This document shows, in pieces, positions 13,149-23,745 of a stretch of 64,000 nucleotides of DNA. Under the pieces are notes generated by a model. That model was not told where the DNA came from. It ran no database searches and saw nothing but the letters and a program-made list of their open reading frames with translations. Made by a program: the position numbers and the translations under genes. How positions within the stretch are numbered: position 1 is the first letter of the stretch; every line of letters begins with the position of its first letter. Source of the DNA: Octopus bimaculoides (Eukaryota); contig NC_068990.1 in NCBI RefSeq assembly GCF_001194135.2, forward strand, positions 40,609,399 to 40,673,398, read 5' to 3'.

Positions 13149-13407
13149 TTTTCCATGAAACGAAAAGAAGTCAGCAAAAACATAAGTTCAAAAACATCCA
13201 ATAAAACAAATGAAATTCCCAGAACTATCTTCTGCCTGTGATTGCACCGCTGTTATGTCAATGATGACCGAACTTGTAGGAAGAGCAGCAGCATGGTCTG
13301 ACACACCGGTGCAATCACAGGCAGAAGATAGTTCTGGGAATTTCATTTGTTTTATTGGGTGTTTTTGAACTTATGTTTTTGCTGACTTCTTTTCGTTTCA
13401 TGGAAAA
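13149..13407. repeat. Near-perfect inverted repeat: 101-bp arms, 57-nt loop
   Basis: 13149-13249 is the reverse complement of 13307-13407 with one mismatch (catcc vs caccc, a G-U pair in RNA). Confidence 0.95.
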
Positions 13408-13502
13408 TGGAATTGGAAAATCTACGTCTTTACCTGCGTCTTTAATCAGATTCCAATGGACACTATCAGTAGACAGAAATGATCACAGCACTAATCAAAA
13501 AC

Positions 13503-13893
13503 CATGAGCAGGGCCATGTTCAAGAACTAGCATGGAGTCGCATAGAGTAGGCTTGAACGCTGTAATAAAGGGAAATCTGTATGACCATTCAAAATTCCAA
13601 CCCTAAACTTTGCTACCACAAACTACCTGGACATAATTAACTGGCAGGTCACTATTGTTACTGAATCACCTCTAACAGGCATTTTCCAATGAAGAAATCT
13701 ATACCTTCGTTCAACAGCAGCATTTGATGCAACTTGAAAAATTACTGTGCCACACCCAAGCTGTGTAAAATTCATGACAGAAGCATAATCTAATGTCTGT
13801 GGTGAGAACAGTTGAGATGGTTTCATTAGGGGTTGAATCGAATTGAGAGAAAAAATTCCAGTGTTCAAGACAAAAAGGGACTTCAAATTGAAA
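13503..13893 (+). pseudogene. Degenerate C-terminal fragment of a DNA transposase (hAT-superfamily-like, possibly hATm group)
   Basis: Across stops and frameshifts it reads HEQGHVQELAWSRIE*A*...FKIPTLNFATTNYLDIINWQVTIVTESPLTG...CHTQAV..MTEA*SNVCGENS*DGFIRG*IELREKIPVFKTKRDFKLK. This matches the 'FKIPxLNFxAxxY-LIxW...TEPPLT...PCHTQAVERxVKLVTEAS..VCG...RDGFIR' transposase motif series as I remember it. The family label is a recollection. Confidence 0.75.
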
Positions 13894-14314
13894 GGTAATA
13901 CAGCAATAATCAATTAGAATTGTTTAGTTTTAGCTATTTTAAACTCAACAAACAATTAGCATTATGACGTTTTAGGAATTTCCAAAACAACAAATCTTTG
14001 ATTGTTCCATTCTTTATTTGAGAGTGAGATACTAATTCTCGTCTACAAAAAAAAATTAATTGGCTTTATTACTGGAACGAAAAGGAATGTACTACAACAA
14101 TTCATATTATTTAGTTACATGGAATTATTTTGAATAAATTGGAAATGTTAATTATTTTTATCACCAAAATGTGTCAAGAATCAAAAATTGGTTTACACGT
14201 AATTTTATTTTAATGTGTGTGTAATCTAGACCTCATGTAACACATATATTCGGTGGCCTAGTGTTAAAAATAATAAAGAAAACAAAGTCGAAAAGTCTAT
14301 TTATTTCACATAAT

Positions 14315-14566
14315 TTCAAAATTTCAAGTGCATTGCGGAGCCTGAAGATATAAATTTTAGAGCTTGAGATTTTAACACTCTTGTTTTTAAAGGATTTCGC
14401 ATAAGAAAGTCGATTCGCAACAATGAATGTAGAAAATAAAATGAGGAATGGCAAACGTGTTATAAATTGATTTTTCGCTCATTATTCAAAATTTCAACTG
14501 GGCTGCGGAGCCTGAAGATATAAATTTAGGAACTTAAGATTTTAACACAGTTGTTTTTAAAGGATT
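14315..14566. repeat. Two 82-bp direct repeats 170 bp apart (subterminal repeats of the hAT-like element)
   Basis: 14315-14396 and 14485-14566 share ttcaaaatttcaa...tgcggagcctgaagatataaattt...agattttaacac..ttgtttttaaaggatt. Confidence 0.9.
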
Positions 14567-15648
14567 CCTCAATAAAAAATATATTCTTGAAAACGTATTT
14601 CGAAAACCTGTGTAAAATGTACCCTTTTTTTATCCACCCTAGTGAATAGTGTAGTCAGTGTAGCTACAGGAATCAGATCAGTAGAAGTGAAAAAGATTGT
14701 GAAGGATATACTTATTTTGGTTCTTATTTTTCTTTATCCCCAATAATAATAATAATGATTTCTAAGTTTGGCTCAAGGCCACTGAGTGAAAGTAGTGGAT
14801 TAATGGAATTGTTAAAGTGGTGGGTGAGATGTCTGGCAGCATCTGTTCTGAGCTCCTGGGTGGTAATCTGTTGTCTCATTTAAATTCACCACTTATTCTT
14901 GGGTGCTCTTAGCAGAGTCACACCTTAAATAGTCAGGCCTGACTTCTAGTTTTAGGATAGAATCTCTCTCTCTCTCTCCTTCCCTCCAGTCTTGTGAGTC
15001 CCAAAAAAGAAAAAAAGAATTAAAGTTATCTCTACAGATTTTTTATAGAATTTAGAGTCAGCACTGAAAATTATGGTCTTTTGTATGCAAATACGTCTTT
15101 GTAAACAATGCAGTCAGTAACAGAAAAATAAGTAATGGGTGTATATGTATATTTGAGGGGTTATTGCTCCTTCTTCAACATTGCGTTCAACTCATTAACC
15201 ATTTAGGGGAAAATTTTAAAAAGTGATTGAATCCTACTGCTAACACAGATAGGACACAGTATTGGCTTACAAAGCCTTCAATATATGTGGTTGTGTATTA
15301 TGATTTCATAGCAAAATACAGTGTCCCTACCAGCAATAAATAGAGCTATGCAATGTAGAGAAAAAAATTTTGGAAAAAGTGCTGTCAGAAAACTCCTATT
15401 TTGAATAGCACAGAAAAAAACAAAGCAAAAAAAAAATTGCCACAAGGCAATTAAGACTAACCCCATAGTGCACCTGCTACACATTTCCTATGTGAATAAT
15501 TGCAATTTGTTTTAACTAGGACCAGGGCTTATAATAAAGAAGAATATGACCATGTTAATTTTAACATTTTACTCAAAACTCAATTTGAGACTTGGATGAT
15601 GATAGTTTTCTACAAAATGAAAATCATATTTATACTTGTTAATTTGTT

Positions 15649-15650
<2 letters not shown>

Positions 15651-15703
<53 letters not shown>
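15651..15703. repeat. (CA)n microsatellite
   Basis: Read directly from the sequence. Confidence 0.95.
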
Positions 15704-15707
<4 letters not shown>

Positions 15708-16401
15708 CAAAGTGGGAGAAAGAGAGACAGACAATTGAAAAATCAAAGTTCATTGAAGTAGGATTTTTAACATAGAACAGTAATGTAGTGGATCTTGCAG
15801 TCTTCTGTCATGCTTAACTCTACTCCCATCATCATAATTAGTCTAAGGTTAATAATTGTAGTTGTAATAATGTCTAATTTATATTCCCAGTGTGTCCAGT
15901 GTTATGTAAAAAGTTTCTTAAGTATAGCTTTCTATTCCTGTTGATTTAATTACATGCCAACAGTAATAGTTATAGTGGTGGTGGGTAATTGCAAAATAGT
16001 CTAACAGCAGAGAGCAGCTCAATCTGGTGATAATTTAGCCTTGATCAATATCATTTAGAATAACTTCCTCTCCTCTCTTTCATTTCATCCTGATATTTTA
16101 TATATTAATATCACTAAAATAGTTACTTAGTATATATTTTTTTGTGGCTTCCGTTTAACCTTAACCTTTTCAAACTCAAAGTTGCTACATGGCTGATACT
16201 ATTATGCTCTGTTTACAAAGGCTAATTATTAGCTACAGAATAAGTTTATAAAATATACTATATTTACTGTAGCTATATAATAATATTAACAGCTAGTATG
16301 TGTGTGTCTGATCATGACGAGTGCATTCCATGTTACGGACTAATTGCCAGCCACAGAAGCAAAAGAGAAAATAAATTGCGACGCAGTCATTAAATTCGTT
16401 T

Positions 16402-16433
<32 letters not shown>

Positions 16434-19400
16434 CCTCATCAGCTGCTATATTTTAAATTTAAACCATTTCATTGTATCATAAATGTGTATAATAACAGTG
16501 ATGTGCTGTTTGTTCCACTGCTTTTTATTCTTTCTCTTCGGATTTATTTTGTTTTATTTTCTTTTTCTATATCATCTTAAAAGAATCTTTTAAAACCCAC
16601 TTTCACGTAACTTATATCAAGTCTACTTTCACTACCAGCCCACTCACATAGTTGCAGTTTGAGTTTAGATATTCAATAAGTATTTCTGAAATGTTGCTGG
16701 CAGTCACTGAATCCATCTGACCCACATATTGATTTAATTCACCAGCTTTTTATATTTATTTTCTTATTGATTTTCAGATTTTGTTTTTCTTTAAAGCCAT
16801 TTATAATTAATCATTCTAATAAGATTTGCAGGAGTTTTTCTATTCTCCCTTTCTCTCCCTTCTCTCCCCCCTCTCTCTTTTTGTTTGCTTCTGTCTTTCT
16901 TCAGCCATAATATTTCATATTTGCATCTTCAAAGTTATTTATGAGGTTCTGTATTATTCCGAGTGCAGTTGGAATAGGTAACATCATCAGACAGTAAGGT
17001 TGTTGCACAGCTATTGAAGAAAGTTTGAGATTGTTTAATTCTGAGAATGGAATGATGAGAATTGGGTAGTAGGTTAATGTATTGAAATGGGTCGTTCTAA
17101 TTTTTCTTTAATATGAAACTAAACTTCTATCCTCCTCATTTTCCAGTTGCTTTCTCCAAAAAATCCTTTGCTCGTTCTACAGATTCCATAAATGCCGTCT
17201 AGTTAATTTTCGAGCTCTTGAAAGGAGACAGTGCCTTACTTACCCTCTTTATTAGTTTACAGCTAAATGCTTCAAAATTCCTTTATAAGTGATCTAACAT
17301 TTTTTTTTTTTTCATCTTGCAGTTGGCAGTTTTTTTTTGATGTTACAATGATATTTCTTCTTCATTTAGCTTTCTCTGTGCTGCATAATGAAATAATTCC
17401 ATCAGGCAAAATAAATATTATGTCAAATATTTATTATTTATTTATTTCTAAACCATTCTGTTTTTAATCATTGTAGTTTACAAATATTACTAAGACAGAA
17501 GTGGTATTGTCTGGTATTGTTTTGCAATCATTTTGTCAGTTTTTTATTGTAATATAATTTTTCATATAAAGATTTTCTTCTTCATTTGAAGTGGCTGATT
17601 CTCTCTATAAACAGTGTTTTGTATTCAGATAAATTTCATTTTCTTAGTAGACAACAAAACTTTGGTAGTGATTAATAGGACAAACCTTATGACAAGTCAA
17701 TAATGATTGGGCCTCCTTTCTCAGTCACTTTCTTGCCTTATCAATCAGTTCTTGCATATTTACAAAATACAAAATAGTACACCTTCTCAGTGTTCATCAT
17801 ATCACTTCATATAGTTTTGTAATATTATTCTCATAACTTGTTCTTTCTCAATTGCACTTATCTTTTCGACAAATCTCAACTTTGTTTGATGCTTTTTATT
17901 ATATTTCCCCTCAAACTGTCCCTTTTATATCTCTCTATAAGTAGTTTACTGTAAATTCATGAAGGTGATTGGTTGCATTGAACACATCACTTGTAATTGC
18001 ATTATAAACCAATACACTGTTGATAAATTCATTGCCATGCCAAATATGCATCATTTGTAAATTTGTCATGCTTTTTATGTACAGGATAAATAGAATACTA
18101 AACTTTGTTTAAAGTCATTTTTTTTTATTTGCACATTAAACATGTTGCATTTGATAAACAATGATAAAGAAATCCAAACAAAAAAAATCAAGAAATGAAG
18201 TAACACTTGTACAGTATATTGTTGATGCTGAAGTTCCATATTGCAGTAAAGGGTATGAAAATAGTTCAGTGAAAATTCAATGCATCGTCAACTTGTATAA
18301 GAATTGTGATTTATTGGATTATTTAAGAGGCAGTGAGCTTAATCTATCTTTACGTCTAAGCTAGTTGAGTAAATTTTAATATAATGTGTTGTGGTATCTT
18401 TCTCCATTGGGTAATTATTGCTGTGTTCTGTTGTGGTTGAGTACATTCAGTCAGCTCTATGACACTGCGGTTGCTGGTCAAAATTCAATATTTAAATGAT
18501 CCTCTCTGGACTCTATTAAAGATTAATTCTTTTAAATCGTTATGTTCTGAGCAATACTCATCTTCACCAAATGCATCTAACTCCATGACTTTTGAATCTT
18601 TCATTACCTTTTAATGATAGATAACCACATATCTATCCCCAAAGTCTCTTTCTCTCTATCCATCAATCAAAAAAATGAGTCCATTTATGTATGTCTGTAC
18701 GTGCATCCCATTGCTTTTGTTTTTATTAATTTTTGAATATTAATATCATTACAAATTTTCAGTAGGAAAGAAAAAATTGACTGAGAGAAGATGGTAGGGT
18801 ATTTTAAAAGTATTAGTAATTCTAATCCTTATTGATTTTTGTTATCTCCTTTTCTAACTATTTCTATCACTCTCTTCTCACTGTCTTTTCCCGTTCTCTA
18901 AATGTCTGCTGAATGGCAATAACACTGTCATGTTGTACTGCATAATACTGGGAAGATAACTCACCTCAGAATAATTGCTATGTAAATTTTTAAATATTTA
19001 TATACTGTTACAGATAGTGGGTGTCTGAAATTGGGACTAAATTTTATGATATTACATCTCATCATACTTTGTAAATCAATGTCACATATTTAGTGACATC
19101 ATTAAGAAATACCTGTGTGTATTCAAGGAAATTTTTAAAGGTGATAATGCAATGTAAAAGTCAATAGATTTCATTAGCAATATGGAAATATGTTGATAGA
19201 AGAAACCTATAAGAATTTCCTGTAAAATCATTTGTCTTACTAAATATATTTAGGATCCTGACCTGAGCTTAGGCACCTTGTTCCATTAAAAAGAAAAGAA
19301 AGTTTGTTCTTAGTACTGTTAAGTGTTCAATGGGTGTGAGAATATTAAGGGAACATTTTAAAAGTGTTTCTGATAACTGGCTTAGATTCAATGTATGTAG

Positions 19401-19633
19401 GTAAAGGAAAAACTTGTAAACTGTTTCATATGTTTACATATAGATTATGTTGACAGTTACTGATGAGTCATGTTCCTTCACTGCTGCTGCAAAGTATCTC
19501 TGGTAACTCTGGCTAATTTATTCCCAAATAACTCCAAACAGCTACCATGAAAGAGACCGGTATATGAACTCAGATTCTCCAAAAGTTACTAGAGAGATGT
19601 TGGATACCACTAAAATTATCTTCCTTTGTTTTA

Positions 19634-20250
19634 GCTCTTTATGGTCTGAATTCAAATCCTGCTGAGGTCAACTTTACATTTCATTCCTTTGTAGTCAATA
19701 AAATACAGTACCAGTCAAGTGTTAGATTCAATATAACCAACTAATCCCACTCCCCTCAAAATTGCTGACCTGGTGCCTAAGTTATTATTATTATTATCTA
19801 AGGTGGCGAGCTGGCAGAATCATTAGCATGCCAAATGGAATGGTTAGTGGCATTTCATCTGTCTTTACATTCTGAGTTCAAATTCAACCAAGGTCGACTT
19901 TGCCTTTCATCCTTTCGGGGTCGATAAATAAAATACCAGTTGAATATTGAGGTTGATGCAATTGACTAGTCCCCTCCCCCACAAATTTCAGGCCTTGTGC
20001 TTCCAGTAGAAAAGATTATTATTATTATGATTATTATTATAAGGCAGTGGATTGGCAGGTTCGTTAGAGTGTCAGAAAAAATGCTTTGTGGCATTCCTTC
20101 TGATTCTTTACACTCTGGGTTCAATTCTTACCATTGCTAACTTTGTCTTTTAGTCCTTCAGGTTGATAAAATAAAGTACTGAGATTGGCTAAACTCCCTC
20201 CTCCCATAAACTGTTGGCAAATTGCCTAAATTAGAAACGATTGTTGTTTA
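19634..20250 (+). mobile_element. SINE family 1, three head-to-tail copies (best copy 19800-20040)
   Basis: The best copy has an A-box-like TGGCAGAATC (19812), a B-box-like GAGTTCAAATTC (19874), the core gtcgactttgcctttcatcctttcggggtcgataaa and the tail aaatttcaggccttgtgc..agaaaagatt(att)n. Confidence 0.88.
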
Positions 20251-20835
20251 TTATTGACATCATCATTGTCATTGTTATAAGCTATTTTACACTAAAATGA
20301 TATTAAAGCAGTTCATCTTGAGTTATAGAATTAATTAATCAATTAGTATTAAAGTTATAAAGAGAACCAAATTACTCATGGTTGCCAAATGAACTTCTTA
20401 TCAAGTAGTTTTACAACAAATTCAGATTATGACTAATTTGGAGAAACAAAGCAAGAACAGAATGAGAGAAAAAAAGTCACAATTAGTTTTTAAAAATGTA
20501 TAAAATAGCAGCCACGGTGATGCTAAAGAGATATTGTATTACATTGCTTGTTATAGTACGGCAGTGCTTAAAACTTTAAAACTGAATTATGTGTTAGAAA
20601 ACAATGCAAACCAGTCTTTGAAGATTGTACAGTGGTATGAGAGTAGATGTGAAAATTTGACTATATTGCTCTGTTCATTAACTATCATGTGGCTAAAATT
20701 CTTACAATATACTTTCAGCAATGTTGGTTGTACTTTTTATTTGATGCAGTTCCCGATTAGCTAGACAGTCAATTTAACTATCCATCCCATTCTCTGATAA
20801 ATTTGTGGTGTGTTATATATATATAATGTATGTAT

Positions 20836-21015
20836 GTATAGGGTAAAGACCCCCCTTCGGTCGTGAATGACCATGGGATTGAACTTAGAAAGTTACCCTT
20901 CGAGGCACAAGTCCAGGCAAGGTTGTTTATGGAAGACCAGCAGCACCCATGCATACCAGCTCTAGCCAAACTATCCAACCCATACCATCATGGAAAATGG
21001 ATGCTAAATTATGAT
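20836..21015. mobile_element. Chimeric retroposon: family 3 SINE fragment joined to a family 2 3' end
   Basis: 20836 to about 20950 (gggtaaagacccccttcggtcgtgaatgaccatggg...ggaagaccagcag) matches an octopus SINE end as I recall it. About 20955-21015 (gccaaactatccaacccataccatcatggaaaatgga) matches the family 2 tail seen at 1191 and 49146. Confidence 0.5.
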
Positions 21016-21125
21016 ATAAGCATACAAATACATGGCAGGCATTATATTACATGTGATTATGTAATAAAAGCCAAATAAGACATGCAACTATTTTAACAGA
21101 AAATTCCTTGTCTTTTCAAAGGCCT

Positions 21126-21857
21126 TATAATAATAATATAATAATAATAATAATCCTTTTTACTATAGGCACAAGGCCTGAAATTTGTGGTGGGGGTTAA
21201 GTCAGTTACATTGACCCCAGTGCTCAGCTGGTACTTATTTCATCAACACCAAAAGAATGAAAGGCAAAGTCGACTTTGGGAGAATTTGAACTCAGATTGT
21301 AAAGACAGGCAAAATGCCACTAAGTATTTTACTCAGTGTGCTAATGATTCTGCCATCTTGCCACCTTACAAAAGTAAATGCTGGAATAAATAAGCAGTAA
21401 TGATTACAAAGTTGGCACAGAGTTAGCAGTTTTTGAGTAGATGGGGAAATTGATTACATCAGCTACCAGTGCTCAAATGGTACCTATTTTATCAAACCCA
21501 AGAGGATGAAAGACAAGGTTGACCTCAGAATATAAAGATGAATGAAATGCTACTAACATTTCTGCCAGCTCGCCACTTTATGGATAATAGCATACAATAA
21601 TATGCAAATCAAAAAGCTGCAGCTACTATTTGAGAGCTGCATAAAGATATCTGTCTCAGAATTGTTAACTTAAACTATTACAATAATTTTTTTATTCATA
21701 TGCCTATCATAATAACAGCAGCAGTAAGGTTGATACCATCAATCTCAGTACTTGGCTGGTACCTTAATTTATTGATTCCCAAAAGATGAAAAATATGTTG
21801 ATCTTGGTGGGATTCCATCTCTGAATGTAAATCTGCTGGAACAAATACTGCAAAGCA
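21126..21857 (-). mobile_element. SINE family 1, three minus-strand copies (21126-21368 full length, 21402-21580, 21727-21857)
   Basis: Reverse complement of the same consensus: aatcctttttactataggcacaaggcctgaaatttg...gaaaggcaaagtcgac...aatttgaactcag...gattctgccatcttgccacctta. Confidence 0.85.
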
Positions 21858-23695
21858 ATTAATGTTTTAACAACCACAAAGGCACTGTAGAAAAATACTA
21901 TGTAAATGCAAGCAAGAAACTGAAAGATTTACATTGAGAGAAACTGTAGCAATATGGACACTAATTCAATGAATCATGCATTGTGTTCATCAACTAATAA
22001 GCTAATAAATGCTATACTTTAAATTAGTCACTGCCTGTTTCCCCACCCCTGGGAATATGTAGCACATTTACAGGGTAGGCACTGACACAGTTGAAGGGAG
22101 CCGCTGTTGAAAGCAATAAACATACCCAAAGGTTTTATGGGAAGGCCATCTTTAGGAAACAGATACTATTGAAAGAAAAATGTTGGCCTAAAATTGCACC
22201 TTGACATCAAGTTTCTGCTGAAGACTGAACAAATCTCACTCTGTATAAGAGCAGGCAGGTATTTAAATGTAGATAAAAATTACATGAAAAATAAACAGAT
22301 TTGAAAATTTACTCAGTGTGGTAATAATATGAAAAAGTTGTTAAAACAAAGTGACGAAGACATGTTTAAAATATATAATTATGTGTAAGGAAAAAACAAA
22401 GGAAAATTTAGTGCTTCAGACCGTGTGTACCATAAATTCCGTTTCACACTTGCATCATGAACAATAGCTTATTATTCATCTTGACACTTCCTACCCAGCT
22501 GGGATTAATAATTTTATTGTTGCTTTGCTTCCTTAACTCCCTGATTTAGATAAATGCTCTCATGTATCTCTGTTTTGGCTGTAAAAGTTATTGAAAATAT
22601 CAGTTTTACATGTCCTACTTGTAAATGTGTCCAAGGCAAGTATTTCTTTATTGCAATAAAATCCTCAGTTATGGTATACATAAAGTATAATATTTGAGCT
22701 GAACTCATAATTATTAGTTGACTCATTCAGAATTACTGAATTTGTTATTTTCTTTGTTCGTTCTATATTGAATATTGCTGATCAGTTTGAGTTCTTCCTT
22801 ACTGGACCCTTAAGCATTATATAGTATCTACATTGCTAAATAGCCATATGTACCTTAAGATTAGTTTTCTCAACTTTGATCTAAAAGTAACTTTAAATAA
22901 GATTTTTAGATGACACTTGATCAGGAGACCCTGGGAAATTATCAACTGTATATAATTATAACAAACTGTTAATTAAGACATCACTACAACCAAATGAAAA
23001 TAAATTTTTAAATTTTTAAAAAATTGGTTAGTACATTGCTAACACTCAAGTATGGCATATAACTGGTATCTAGTGTTTCTATTAGATCATTGCAAATGGA
23101 ACTCAGGATTCAGCAAGGTTTATAATCAGATATTCTATTTGGTTAGTCTTCTACACTAGATTAAAAAACTTGATGATGGTTATTGTTTTGAAATTGTGGA
23201 TCAGCTAGGAGAAATGAGGATCCATCAAATTCTAAATGTCTTCTTGAATCAACAGAGTTGTTATTGTGATAGTGGTGGTGGAAGTGATAGTGGTCAGGAA
23301 ATTGTTAAGCTTGTGTGATCATGGTAGGACTTATATGAACTGCAAATGTATGTTTTATATGTTGTACAGAAGACTTAATGGCTGCTATATTAAGAAGAAA
23401 ACCCAGCAAATATTTCTTTGCAAATTCATCTTCTCTAAGAAAAAAGTAGCTTAAGATTTGATGTAAAATAAAATAGTAGTATCACACAATTAACATAATC
23501 TCTATAAACATGTGAAAATGTAATATGTGTGTGTGTGCGTGCACATGCAACTGTGAGTGCAATTTTACTTATGTTGCTTAGATTTGTGGATTCATTCTTC
23601 CAGTTCAGTGTCTTCTAACAGTAACTAATAGTAAAGATGCAACCATTGTAAGACCCAGTATAACCCAATTCCAATCATACTGTTTTCTTGGGATG

Positions 23696-23696
<1 letters not shown>

Positions 23697-23744
<48 letters not shown>
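23697..23744. repeat. (ATT)n microsatellite
   Basis: Read directly; similar tracts lie at 2115-2150 and 26519-26575. Confidence 0.95.

Positions 23745-23745
<1 letters not shown>

Larger units (their letters stand above)
13035..14641 (+). mobile_element. Rearranged, internally deleted hAT-like DNA transposon remnant
   Basis: Contains an N-terminal transposase piece (MKFPELSSACDCTGVSDHAAALPTSSVIIDI, partly inverted), the C-terminal piece at 13503-13893 and two 82-bp subterminal direct repeats. It ends in ...ATCCACCCTA at 14641 (5'-TAGGGTGG on the minus strand). No left terminal inverted repeat was found, so the left boundary is approximate. Confidence 0.6.

Noticed and set aside
13623-13913. 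96-aa minus-strand ORF containing 'ASNAAVER', which looks like a hAT dimerisation motif
   Set aside because: The transposase motifs (CHTQAV, DGFIR) are on the + strand; this ORF is their antisense shadow.
16404-16442. T30 followed by cctcatcag, resembling a strong splice acceptor
   Set aside because: No convincing donor or coding frame follows, and poly-T runs are common here.
19800-19890. tRNA gene suggested by A-box and B-box motifs
   Set aside because: No cloverleaf forms; the boxes belong to the SINE head and continue into SINE body and tail.
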